This document shows, piece by piece, positions 29,191 to 44,559 of a DNA stretch of 64,000 nt. How positions within the stretch are numbered: the first letter of the stretch is position 1; each line of letters begins with the position of its first letter. The position numbers and the translations under genes are program-made. The notes beneath the pieces were generated by a model, which did no database searches, had not been told where the DNA came from, and saw only the letters and a program-made list of their open reading frames with translations. Source of the stretch: Octopus vulgaris (taxonomy: Eukaryota); the NCBI GenBank assembly GCA_951406725.2, contig OX597832.1:24986001-25050000 (forward strand). The letters are read 5' to 3'.

Positions 29191-30044
29191 AAATACAGAG
29201 ATTAAAATATGAAACCAAAAAAAAAAAAACAAATAAAAACCACACCAATAGCGAAAACAGAAATATAAATAACTAGAAAAAGACATTGGAGCTGATACAT
29301 CCGAGATAACGAAACATTTGATATTGAAGTCGCTCAAAATGAAAATCAACGCTCACATACACACAGATGCAATCACCCAAACACACGCACACTTAATCAC
29401 ACAGACAACACGTATGCCTTCTTCATACACGCAGGTACAGTGTGTACACGGGTGCTTTCCACACATGTATTCACACACACTACATCTCACCCCCCCCCCC
29501 AAGATATTTGGTCGCGCTTAAAATCTTCAAACTCGTTTTGACTTATTAATCTTTTAACTTCGTCTGCCACTTGACATCTTTGCTAAACGAATACATGCTA
29601 ATAAGTTTTTCATTTAAATATGAAAAAATATTTTTATGAGTTTTTATTCTATATACAATACAGTCGGATGAACAAATCCTGTGTATTTTTATTATTTTTT
29701 TCAAATAATAAAATTATATTTCATTTCTTTATTGCTATTTTTACTTGAAATTATATTTACACGAAAAAACTTATCTTATACAATAAAAAAATAAAGAAAA
29801 TTACCGACACAAATTATATATGCCCAACTAGTAGAGCGAAAAGACAAACAGGAAGATACAGGAATATTTAAAATAAAATAGTATGTGCATCTAAGTGTAC
29901 AAACTTATATAAACTTGTACGCATAATCTATATCTGTATATGTATATCTATATGTAAAAATGCAGATATTTATCTATATGTGTGTGTGTGCCCCTGTGTG
30001 TGTGTCTGTATAATATACAATATATATATATATGTATAATATAC

Positions 30045-30109
<65 letters not shown>

Positions 30110-30161
30110 GTATACATATGTATATATATATGTATATATATATGCATATATATATATATAT

Positions 30162-30473
30162 TGTTGTATTTAGGAATGGTCATTTTTGCCATTTTAGCCA
30201 ATAAAAACACACGCACTATATATTTGGTGTTACTTTGCTTCAGCGATATTCATTTTTTACATTAATCTTAATCTTATTTTGGCCAGAGTTCTTTCGTCAC
30301 ACTCCTGTGATCTCATCAGTGGTCCTTTGCTTTCTTCTTTCTTATTTGTGTGTCTCACCTTACTAAGGGTCAGCCATTTTGTATTTTGTATTCCTATTGT
30401 ACGTGTCTTCATTTGCGCATGCGTATACATCTATGTGTGTCTATGTTTAGTTAGTGTGTGTGTGGGGTGAGTG

Positions 30474-30475
<2 letters not shown>
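30162..30475 (-). mobile_element. Short PLE-type element inserted in (TA)n
   Basis: ~310-bp complex segment bounded by TA tracts and containing a hammerhead motif. Confidence 0.6.
30281..30325 (-). ncRNA. Minimal type-I hammerhead ribozyme motif
   Basis: Minus strand: ggacca-CTGATGA-gatcacaggagtgtgac-GAAA-gaac-TC-tggcc. Stem I cca/tgg, stem II tcac/gtga, CUC triplet. Confidence 0.65.
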
Positions 30476-30516
<41 letters not shown>

Positions 30517-31204
30517 AAAATGAAGGTGATCAATAGGTGGTTCATCAACTTTTAGACATTATATTATGTTAAATATATATGTCTTTATCAACTCCATCTT
30601 TATCAACTCCACTTTTCCAGCAGTATTCATTTTGGGTGACCACTATATCATACTCAAATGCACTCACTCTCATAAGCAATGTTATAAATAATGCAAAGAT
30701 AGTTTATACAAGTATTAGTAATAGATAGTCCTCATTTAAATATTATTTAACTCCAGGAAAGTTAGAGTTTGTGAATCCAACCCACTTTGTGTGTGCCTAC
30801 GTGTGTGTGTGTGATGGTGTTCTATTCATGATAGAAATAGTAGTTTCCTTGTATGGGTTTTGGTAATATTCAAGTTAATATTTGGAAAGTTTCGTTATAG
30901 TAGGTATGTTCGGAGCGGCATTTGCCAGAATGGTCTTGTGGCACACACTATCATTGCTATAATTTCTGCGCGTTTCAGTAGATTTGATTTGAGTTATTTG
31001 TGTTACATACATACATACATACATGCATACGTACATACATACATGCATACACACATATATATCTACCTACCTACCTACCTACCTACCTACCTACCTACCT
31101 ACCACCTACCTACATACATATATGCAGGCATATATATATGTGTGTGTGCGTGCTGATATAAATATGTATAAATGTGTTTGCGTATGTGTACATACATACA
31201 TATA

Positions 31205-31263
<59 letters not shown>

Positions 31264-31532
31264 TTGTGCATATGTATATAAATATTTATATGTATATATA
31301 TATATATGTGTGTATATGTAAATATGCATATGTATGTATATATATACACATACATATATAAATATATATATATATGTGTATATGTAAATATGCATATGTA
31401 TGTATATATATATACACATGCATACATACATATATATATATATATGTCTATATGTGTATATGTATATACCTATCTATATGTATGTATAAATATATGTAAG
31501 TATATATATATATACATATATAAATACACATA

Positions 31533-31619
<87 letters not shown>

Positions 31620-32004
31620 AGTATTGTTATTAAGTGTAATGACATGACCAAATGGCCAATGGTTTATGGGTTTAACCCGTCGCTTTTAGTCTACGGTCAA
31701 GGAACTCAGCACTAAATGAATGAATCCAGAAAGCATTAAACGGATTAAATGTCAAATTTGCAGAGATAAATTATTGCTATTTATACAGTGATTTTAATAG
31801 AATTTTAACATCATGTTCGAGAAGTATATTTCCATTGCATATTATAATTGCAAAGTGGCTAAGAAGAGCATTTTGAAACTACTTGATGCTGGGTTCAGAC
31901 CCACTGCTAGACATTTTGGGTAATGCAGTTCTATATTTAAAAGATGAGGAATTGTGTACATTATTTACATTTGACGGGTATTTCTCCTCGTCTTGTTAAT
32001 TGTT

Positions 32005-32050
32005 AACACAACGTTTCGGCTGACATACCCTCCAGCTTTCATCAGGTGTC
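32005..32050 (-). ncRNA. Minimal type-I hammerhead ribozyme motif
   Basis: gacac-CTGATGA-aagctggagggtatgtcagcc-GAAA-cgtt-gtgtt. Confidence 0.72.
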
Positions 32051-32160
32051 TTGGGGAAATTTCGAACATGGTTTCTCATTACTAAGGTATTTTTCGATGA
32101 TATAATAATAATAATAACAACAACGACAACAACAACAACAACAACAGCAACAACAATAAC

Positions 32161-32241
<81 letters not shown>

Positions 32242-32243
32242 TA

Positions 32244-32274
<31 letters not shown>

Positions 32275-32382
32275 AAGAAGAAGAAGAAGAAGAAGAAGAA
32301 GAAGAAGAAGAAGAAGAAGAAGAATAACAGCAACATCGAAAAATACCTTAGGAATGAGAACCCAGCTTCGAAATTTCCCCAC

Positions 32383-32428
32383 GACACCTGATGAAGGCTT
32401 GAGAGTATATCAGCCGAAACGTTGTATT
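32383..32428 (+). ncRNA. Minimal type-I hammerhead ribozyme motif
   Basis: gacac-CTGATGA-aggcttgagagtatatcagcc-GAAA-cgtt-gtatt. Stem II ggct/agcc; palindromic AACGTT in place of stem III. Confidence 0.72.
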
Positions 32429-32990
32429 AACAACAAACATGATGAGGACAAATATCCGTCAAATGTAAATAATGTAAATAAAGTCAATAATTTTGCGTAC
32501 TGTCTTCTACTATAGTGACCTTAACAATGCTTACAAGCATTACTCAAGACTTTACATTCTGAGTTCAAATTCCGCCGTGGTCGACTTTGCCTTTCATCTC
32601 TTTCAGGACTTATAAAATAAGTACCAGTTGAGCACTGACATCGATTTAATCGAATTATCCTTCCCACCTTGGGTCAAATTTTGAAACTAATATTAAATCT
32701 GGAAAAGCTTATTATTAAAATTCAACTTCAATAATTATATCTAATATTGGTTTCAAATTTTGGCATAAGGCCAGCAATTTCAGGTAAGACTACTCATCGA
32801 TTACTTTGACCTAGTTCTCCATTGGTGCTAAGTTTATTAACCACGAAATAATGAAACACAAATACGACCTCCTCGTCGGCATTTGAACTCAGAACATAAA
32901 AAACTGACGAAGTGTTGTTCTGCATTTTACCCGTGGGGGTAAGGATTCTTCCAGCTCATCGCCTAAATGATAATAAAAAATAAAATAAAT

Positions 32991-33174
32991 GTGCCCTTTT
33001 TAAAGCCTAGCCAGGCTCATGGGCCCGGTTTCTTTTTGCCAGCTGAGTGGACTGGAGCAACGTGAAATGAAGTGTTTTGCTCTAGAACACAACGTGTCGC
33101 CTGGTCCAGGAATCGAAACCACAATCTTACCATCATGACGCTGACACCCTAACTACTAAGCCACGCGCCTCCAC
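32991..33174 (-). mobile_element. Short CORE-type tRNA SINE sharing its tail with 44986-45282
   Basis: Minus: ggaggcgcgtggcttagtagttaggg...ggtttcgattcc...gttgtgttctagagcaaaacac...cactcagctg...gggcccatgagcctggctaggcttt. Confidence 0.82.
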
Positions 33175-33184
33175 AAAGCAAGTT

Positions 33185-33684
33185 CGGAGGAGGGGTTACG
33201 TCGATTACATCCACCCCAGTGTTTAACTGGTACTTATTTTATCGACCCCGAAAGTATGAAAAACAAAGTCGACCTCGGCGGAATTTGAACCTAAAACCCT
33301 AAAGACGGGCGAAATATCGCTAAGCCGTTTTTCTGACATGCTGACGATTCTGCCAGCATACTACTGTAATTGTATTTGATATTAAAATTAAAATTAAACT
33401 ATATATATATATATTTCTTTACGACCCACAAGGGGCTAAACATAGAGGGGACAAACAGGGACAGACAAAGGGATTAAGTCGAATTTATCGACCCCACTCG
33501 TAACTGGTACTTATTTTATCGACCCCGAAAGTAGGAAAAACAAAGTCGACCTCGGCGAAATTTGAACCTAAAATCCTAAAGACGGGCGAAATATTGCTAA
33601 GCCTTTTGTCTGACATGCTGACGATTCTGCCAGCATACTATTGTAATTGTATTTGATATTAAAATTAAAATCAAACTATATATA
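33185..33684 (-). mobile_element. Old SINE-B duplicated with its flank around a young SINE-B tail
   Basis: 33224-33407 is repeated at 33501-33684, and a young tail lies between at 33411-33500. Confidence 0.88.
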
Positions 33685-35426
33685 AATAATCCGTCTATAG
33701 CCTTTGTTATTGCTGTCATACTGTACTGAATTTACGATGTCTGTTGTAATTTAGCCTCAGCTAAATCCTATTTGAGCCGATTTACAATTCTAGCTGTCAC
33801 GATTCTGTTTTCATTTTGTATATTGTATGCATTTAGGTCCAACATCATTTAATATATTTAATGAAAATTTTTAATTTACTGGGATGGTTTTTCTATGGAA
33901 ATGTCCAACATAGTTCCGGTTCCTTGCAAAGACGCATCTATGAATTTCGATTAAATTTCGGCAAAATTTTAAATATAGCAGAAAATATCTTTTGTTCCTA
34001 CATCGCTGTTAAATTGTGACTGGTGTACCGAATTAGAAAGTTTTCGGGGGGGTTTTTTTGTACATCAGTCTAACAGAATTGAATGATTGATCCATTCAAA
34101 AACCTATACACTGTCCGACTGTTGTTTACGTCAACAACCAGAGGAAACAATTAATCTCTGAACAATAGAGGTTTGTCAGAACAGCAAGGCTGACGTCTAT
34201 AGTCAACAGAATCGACCGTATCGAAGTTGTTAAATTAAAATTTGTATTTTGCATACGCGAAGGGCCGTGTGGAGCGTGAAACTATACAAACGCACGGATA
34301 TTAATGTGTGGGCGATTCCGAAAGTGTTATAAATCTATATAATGGTTTTCACAGAGGTTAATCAAGCGGATATCCATGATTATTCGTGACGATATCTTAC
34401 CTGCTTGGACAATGTACGGGAACATATGATGGAGGTTTCCCGAAGAAATCCATTATCAGTCATGCATATAAAATATTGGGTTCACACTTTCACGACAATT
34501 AAATAATATTTAATAGTTTCGTACGCAAATAACATCAATATTACAGATGTCAAGTACTGGCTGCTGCTACTGCTGTTGTTGTTGTTGTTTCTGTTGTTCT
34601 TGTTGTTTTTGTTGTTGTTTGACCCCTTGTCTTTCTTAACAAAAAAGCCTATAACCAAAGGGATTCCATTCGTGACCATTTCCTCTTTTATTTATTCACA
34701 GGTATCGGACTACAATAAGTTGCGTGTCTTTTGTTTGTGTTCTAAGAAAGTTGACAGTTTGACTTGACTGCTATCTCTAGCTTGTCAGTCGGCCGATAAG
34801 AGGCTACCGTATCGACTTAAAACATCAGCGTATATGCAGCGGAGCATCGGAAGCAGTAGAGCATCGGAGAACATTCCTGAAAGAATGTTCTATGGGTCTT
34901 CATTTTCTGAGTTAAAATCTAGCCAACGTCAGAATTGTTTTCATCCTTCCGAAGTACCAGACATTTACTGCGGTCGATGGTATAGAATAACTTTCTTCTC
35001 TTAAAATCGTTTCTGTTGTAACTCGATTGTAACTTGGTTAGAAAGAACAACTGCAGTTGTGAAGTATCAAAAAATGGTTGAAGTAAATTAGCGAGGCAAT
35101 AAAATGATTGACATAAAAAAGCCAGTCACCGTAATCTTTATCACTACTTAAATGCAGTGTTTATTAGAGGGAATTGCGAAGACGAATTAGAAAGTGTAAA
35201 TCGTAAATAGATGGCTGACAGAACATAGATTAAAAGAATCAGGGAGAAGTGGGATTAAATATATTCAAATATTGACAAATTACAAAGGTAGTTAGAGCGA
35301 GTGCACAATACTAGGAAGAAAAGATATACTGCATAAAGAAGCTTGTTAAAATGAATAGCATACATCATATGCACTTCGACTTTCTTTTATCAGTCTCCAT
35401 TTATCCCTCTATTCACCTTGTACATA

Positions 35427-35658
35427 ACTATTTCTTTACTACCCACAAGGGGCTAAACACAGAGAGGACAAACGAGGACAAACACACGGATTAAGTCGAT
35501 TATATCGACATCAGAGCGTAACTGGTACTTATTTAATCGACCTCGAAAGGATGAAAGGCAAAGTCGACCTCGGCGGAATTTGAACTCAGAACGTAGCGGC
35601 AAACGAAATACCGCTAAGCATTCGCCCAGCATGCTAACGTTTCTGCCAGCTCGCCGCC
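35427..35658 (-). mobile_element. SINE-B monomer with TSD
   Basis: Full head and body. TSD accttgtacata at 35415-35426 and 35664-35675. Confidence 0.92.
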
Positions 35659-36037
35659 TATCTACCTTGTACATACCACGAGACGACTCACTGTAATATA
35701 CGAAGTGTTAACTAAGAATAACTGCCGAAATATTGCATAACAAGACTAGGGCTAGGAAGCTTTTCCCATTATAAATATAGATTGTATTGAATAATATTAA
35801 TATCTAGGTTGAATTGCTCATTTGTGGAGGGAGTGCAGCACTTAGAAGAACCAGAGTATACAGTACTTCACTAATATAAAAAGATGGCAGCCGAAATATG
35901 CCGTGGCAGTCGCTAATTTAATACAATTGCCAACTGCATATATAGAATTTCCTTTTTAAGATAACACAATTTAACGGGGTTTCAGTATATACATGTGTGT
36001 ACATGTGTGTGTATGTGTGTGTGTGCCAGTCTGAGTC

Positions 36038-36073
<36 letters not shown>

Positions 36074-36742
36074 CATACATGCATACATATATATGCCTGT
36101 ATGTATATTCATATATATATGTATAAATATATTCTGTATATCCGTACATCTATGATATGCATATATACATATATATACATACACACATATACATACATAC
36201 ATACATACATACATACATACATAAATACATATATATATCCATATACATATATAAATATATATATGTATTTATATGTGTGTATGTATGTACACATGTGTAT
36301 GTATATATGTATGTATATAAGTTGAACACTGTTCTTCCATAAAAATTCATTCAGTCAACATTTGTTGGACTAAGAGCCAAATCGAACTTGGACGGATTAA
36401 AATCAGAATGCAAGAGTCCGTAATGAAATAACACCACGAATTCAATCCAACGCTCTACCGATTCTGCTAAACGAGCCCTTTTACTTGTTAAGTAACAAGA
36501 TTTTAGCGCTGCATTCTTCTATAAAGCTTTTAGTCCTAATAAATCCTAATACGAAATATGTTTTACTACTGCAGCCCACGGTTTTCAAATCTAATGGAAT
36601 GTGACTGCCATGCGATATACTACAAGCATACATGCAAACACATACACACACACACATATATATATATATGACCATATGTACATATTTCTGTACATATATA
36701 AATACATGTGCAAATATATTCATACATGTTAATATATATAGC

Positions 36743-36798
<56 letters not shown>

Positions 36799-36914
36799 TA
36801 CATATATATAGTTAGTCCAAACATGAAAACACAAAGAGAAAACACAACAATGCGAGGACGTGGAACAAATATAGTATTATTGGACGCTCAGGAAGGAAGG
36901 GAAGAAGGAGGATA

Positions 36915-36963
<49 letters not shown>

Positions 36964-36989
36964 ATATATATATATACATACATACATAC

Positions 36990-37022
<33 letters not shown>

Positions 37023-37649
37023 CATATATACATACATACATACACATATATATATATATACACACATATAGTTTGTCGTATATATTTATGTCAGTGTCTC
37101 TGTGTGTTTGTGTGTGTACTATTAATGGAATACTTCTCAAGTAAACTGGAAGCAAATACCAATATTTCTAAAAGACAGAATCTGCAACACACTCACACCC
37201 GTCCGCTCTCTAGCTTTTTTCTCTCTTTCTCTCTCATTACGAGCACATGTATACAAACACATACACATTCGCGCCCACACGCACTCATATATACCTATTT
37301 ATACATACATGCATTCATGCATACATACCTGGATATATACAGACATTTTGGAACAAGTTTATTATAAGATTAATTATGACTAAAAACTTTTGTGATAAGC
37401 AGCTATTAAAAGCCACTTTGAGACTATGAATGGGTCACGGTACTTTGTAAAGTTACATGTATTCAGTTACGTATTTCAGGTTGAATATTTGCAAGACAAT
37501 GGTTAAGTTTTAAAAGAAAACGAGTAAATTATTTCTTTTTGGCGAAGGTCATAAACTCTGCCGCGCCAGCCTTTCCCCCCTGCCACTCACACATTACCAT
37601 CAGTATAGGACTACACACACCAGGACTCATAGAGTAGCGAGATGATAAC

Positions 37650-37810
37650 TGAGTCCAAATTCCGCCGAGGTTGACTTTGACTTTCATCCGTTCGGTGTCG
37701 ATTAAATAAGTACCAGTTACGCACTGAGATCGATGTGATCGACTTACTCCCTTTGTCTGTCATTGTTTCTCCCCTCTATCTTTAGCCCCCTGTGAGTAAT
37801 AAAGAAATAA
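37650..37810 (+). mobile_element. SINE-B, 5'-truncated
   Basis: aaattccgccgaggttgactttg...aagtaccagttacgcact...tttagccccctgtgagtaataaagaaata. Confidence 0.85.
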
Positions 37811-37894
37811 ATATATTCCAACCAATTTGCAGTGGCCCCTCGTACCCTCTTTATCAGGTACCCTCCTCTGCGTGAGTGGAGGGCTGGTTGTGTA

Positions 37895-38325
37895 TGTCCA
37901 CAACTATACACAGTTTCTTTTCTCCATCCCAGATCACTATGTCAGGTTTTTTATGGTTACATTTTACTGGGCTTTTCACTGGGACATTCCACCACTAATC
38001 CTTTTTATTATGAGTGGCTATGGCTTCTATCATACCGTGGATTCTTTTTTCTTTTTCCTTGGGGTTATCCTTTCGACGGATCTCATTATATGGTGTCCTA
38101 CCTACAACAAAATGTTTCGTCGGTAGATAATACCGTGATGACATTGTCGGACAAATGCTTATGAAGTGGGTGATATCTTCAGTGTCAACTCCACAAAGTC
38201 TGCATTGGTTATCACATTTTGCTGTTTTTTCCTGTGTCTCTGTCCCTTTTGGGTATCAGGTATTTGGTTGATATTTCCTGTTCCTGGATTGCAAACGCGT
38301 ACCCCTGAAATGGGGACTTGGCAAT
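37895..38325 (-). mobile_element. R4/Dong-clade LINE fragment: CCHC zinc knuckle plus RLE endonuclease (frameshift and stop)
   Basis: Minus strand FQGYAFAIQEQEISTKYL.../ CDNQCRLCGVDTEDITHFISICPTMSSRYYLPTKH...D*WWNVPVKSPVKCNHKKPDIVIWDGEKKLCIVVD. C-X2-C-X7-H-X4-C knuckle followed by a PD..D nuclease motif. Confidence 0.9.
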
Positions 38326-38575
38326 CAGGTTTTGCGTAGTTTAGACGACAATTTGTTCACTGCACCCTGTACACACACACACATACACACACACACATAA
38401 ATTTATGTATATATATATTTGTATGTATGCATATGTATATATACATTTATTTATTATATATATATGTATGTATATATATATATATATATATATATAAACA
38501 TATATATATGTATACATAGATGTATATCTATCTATCTATCAATCTATATATATATGTATATATATATATGTTTAT

Positions 38576-38637
<62 letters not shown>

Positions 38638-39329
38638 GTGTGTATGCCTATAGAAGGGATAGAGTAATGGAGAGAATAAAGACAAAGAGAGGAAACATAG
38701 GTAGACAGACAGACTGACAGTTAGACAGGCAGACAGACAGCTAGATAGACAAAAAACATCATGATCATGTCTGAGCTGAACACTGAATATTAACTACAAC
38801 GCGCTGTATTATAATAGCGTGCCAGTGCTTAATGAATAAACTGATCTAGCTGTCACTACCGCTTTCTATGGCTTGCAGTATGGATCTGCGTTAAAGGTTC
38901 CTTTTATCGATACATTCTATCGTGTTATTTCAGATTCGATTTCTTTCTTTGCAAATATATTTTTTATTAGTATTCGTTGATTGATAGATAGATACATAGA
39001 CGCATATATATATATACATAGACGTACACATACACACGCATAGAGAGATTGATACATACACAACATACATACATACATACATACATACATAAATATATAC
39101 ATGTGTACATAGATTACATACAAATGCACACCTGCGCGCGCGAATACCTGTGTATATCCAACACCTGGCTTACATTTTCAATAGAAATATGTCAATGCAT
39201 ATTTCTGTTACACACACACACACACACTTTCTCCATCACTCTGATTATATATATGAATATACACACGCATATATACCTATCTATCTATAAATATATATAT
39301 ACATATACATATATTATTGTATGTATTTA

Positions 39330-40265
<936 letters not shown>

Positions 40266-40317
40266 ATCACTTGTGAAGCTAAGTTGTTAGTGGGACAAGC
40301 ACATACACACGCACATA

Positions 40318-40388
<71 letters not shown>

Positions 40389-40449
40389 GTGTGTGTGTGT
40401 ATATATATATATTTCATATATATTTCTTCACTACCCACAAGGGTAGTAT

Positions 40450-40489
<40 letters not shown>

Positions 40490-41252
40490 CGTATGTATGT
40501 ATGTATATCTGTATACATATTTAATGCACGATGCATCTAATCCGCTGCTCCTCGCATAGATGCTTCATCAGTGAACCAGGCTTTCGAGCCATACAGAAAA
40601 ACAAATCAATAGGAGTATAATGTAGAACCCTATGTAGTTCAAACCCCGATAATCTAATCCGTAATGATTATTTAATGGGGAGTTTACAGAGTAAAAAGGA
40701 ATTTAGAAGGCATAAGAGGAATAATTTTATTTCACCAGTTGATATCCAAAAGTCTACGATCGTTTCGCAGCCAATGTCATGGAAAAATAATATATTTCGG
40801 TGTATAATAAATTATTTTAGATGTCTGTACTATATATTATACGTTTTACAAACTAATACAGGTAAAGAAATCTAGCTCATGCGTAATACAGGTATAGAAG
40901 AACTAGCATTCTATGCCATCGTGAGCTCGACAACCTGACTTCTAGTCTTCGTGCTTCGGTATCAGAACTATACAAACCGAAAGAAGAATTTTACTTCGCG
41001 GTGTTTTGAGTTTCTGAGAGTTACGTTAACCAAATGGTAGATATGTCAACAGGGCAGTTGTGTGCGAAGAGACTTGACATTGACGTCTTCTTGAGTGGTG
41101 AAAACATAGAAACTCGACTCTGGCATAACTTCGGGTCACCAATGGTTCGCTAATTGAGTATAAGGGTAATTGCATTTTTATATCAGTATCGATTTTCATT
41201 CTCGCTTTTCTTTCCGTTACCACACAATAGTTGAATCCTGCCCTCTATCATA

Positions 41253-41485
41253 CCTATTTCTTTATTACCCACAAGGGGCTAAACATAGAAGGGACAAACA
41301 AGGACAGACATAGGTATTAAGTCGATTACATCGACTCCAGTGCGTAACTGGTACTTAATTTATCGATCCTGAAAGGATGAAAGGTAAAGTCGACCTCGGC
41401 GGAATTTGAACTCACAACGTAACGGCAGACGAAATACCGCTAAGCATTTCGCCCGACGTGCTAACGTTTCTACCAGCTCTCCACC
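41253..41485 (-). mobile_element. SINE-B monomer with TSD
   Basis: TSD ccctctatcatacct at 41241-41255 and 41484-41498. Confidence 0.93.
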
Positions 41486-41885
41486 CTCTATCATACCTCT
41501 GCCCATCTCAAACAGAAAAAAAAAATACACTTAAATATCAAAAGAACACATTTTGCCTTCTTAAAACCGAGTGTCGGACAATGTGCTGGTAGTGTAATAC
41601 TGTCCGTAATCGATTTGGCGTCCCACGTTCCACCTTCGCAAAAATTTCTCGTTGAAATGAGAAAGCAGACAGACGGTGACACTTACCACATCATCACAGC
41701 TTAATGTATTCAAGGCTAATAACTGTAGTTATGATCGACTAATTCCACGCAGCTCTTAGTAAGTACTACAAAGAATTGAGTACACACATACACGCAAACA
41801 CGCGCACACAAGCAGCACATATACAACCCATCAAATACACACTGCGCGTACGCATGCACACACACATACTAGCTTAAAATACTAG

Positions 41886-42100
41886 CGGCGAGCTGGCAGA
41901 CTCGTTAGCACGCCGGGCGAAATGCGTAGCCGTATTTCGTCTGTCGTTACGTTCTGAGTTCAAATTCCGCCGAGGTCGACTTCGCCTTTCATCCTTTCGG
42001 GGTCGATAAATTAAGTACCAGTTACGCCCTGGGGTCGATGTAATCGACATAATCCGTTTGTCCCCTCTGTGTTTAGCCCCTTGTGGGCAGTAGTGAAATA
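41886..42100 (+). mobile_element. SINE-B monomer with TSD
   Basis: gcggcgagctggcagactcgttagcacg...gtgaaata. TSD acatactagcttaaaa on both sides. Confidence 0.93.
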
Positions 42101-42349
42101 CATACTAGCTTAAAAGCCTTTAATTGGGTCTGCGGCCCAAATCAGAAGAGAGCGATAATAATAAATCATTGATTAATACCCTACCAATATGGTATTATTT
42201 TAAATTCAGTTTAAATGAAAAACTTGTAAGTTCACAATTATTTTTTTTTTAGTTCTTTTAAAATTCGAATAGAATGGACGCCAGCTCCTGCCTAGTTCCG
42301 AGCAGTTGATCGATCTGCAAGCATCTGCCAACTTGTTGTGGACCGGTTT

Positions 42350-43800
<1,451 letters not shown>

Positions 43801-43809
43801 TTGGTCTCA

Positions 43810-43855
<46 letters not shown>

Positions 43856-44559
43856 AACAATGATATTGTTCAGGAATATAAGAATAGTTCTTTGGTATTC
43901 CCTTTCAAACGTAATTATCGCATCCTTCACGAAAAGATGGTTGCCACAGAGCTTGTAAGGTCCGAGGAGATATCACTGTCTGCTAATTAAAGCCTGGGAG
44001 GCAGGAAATAAAAGTAGGTACGGAGGAGGAATTACTAAACCAAAGATATTACGTAATAATATTAGCTAATATCATAAACTATTTTTTCTTTCTTTTTTTT
44101 TGTTCTGAATAATGTTATTAGGCAATGGTAGGCGACGACCGTTATCAAGTGATGCAAACCGACACAGCCTCTGAAGTTCTTTAAGTTACCGGAATGAATA
44201 CCGAGGTTAATTTGAGGTTAATTTGTTTTCCCATTTCTGGCACTAAGAATGATGCGGGTAGAGTTGAAATACAATTGCATACTGATGTATTATATAATAT
44301 TATATAATATTCTACTGCGGCAGACATATCATTCAAATGTTTTTGAACGCGTGTTTGGTGTGTGCGTGAGAAAGAAAGAAAGAGAGTGGTGAAAGAAGGA
44401 AGGGGATTGATAGATAGATAGATAGAGAGGGGGGAGGGGAGGGAGAGAGAGATTGTGTATGTCGATGTATGTAGCAAGGTATAACACATTTGTTATGAAA
44501 ATAATCTACAAATGGTAAGGCCAAATATCTAACATGGCTTCGAAATCCAGTAAGCTCCA

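Larger units (their letters stand above)
31957..32476. mobile_element. Inverted pair of ~143-bp hammerhead-bearing elements flanking (AAT)n(AGA)n
   Basis: 31957-32099 is the reverse complement of 32334-32476, with moderate divergence. Confidence 0.88.

Noticed and set aside
37827-38164. Plus-strand hydrophobic ORFs
   Set aside because: Antisense shadows of the minus-strand R4 LINE fragment.
41640-41760. Minus-strand splice-donor-like gtg|gtaagt suggesting a host exon
   Set aside because: No convincing acceptor or coding frame; such motifs are expected by chance.
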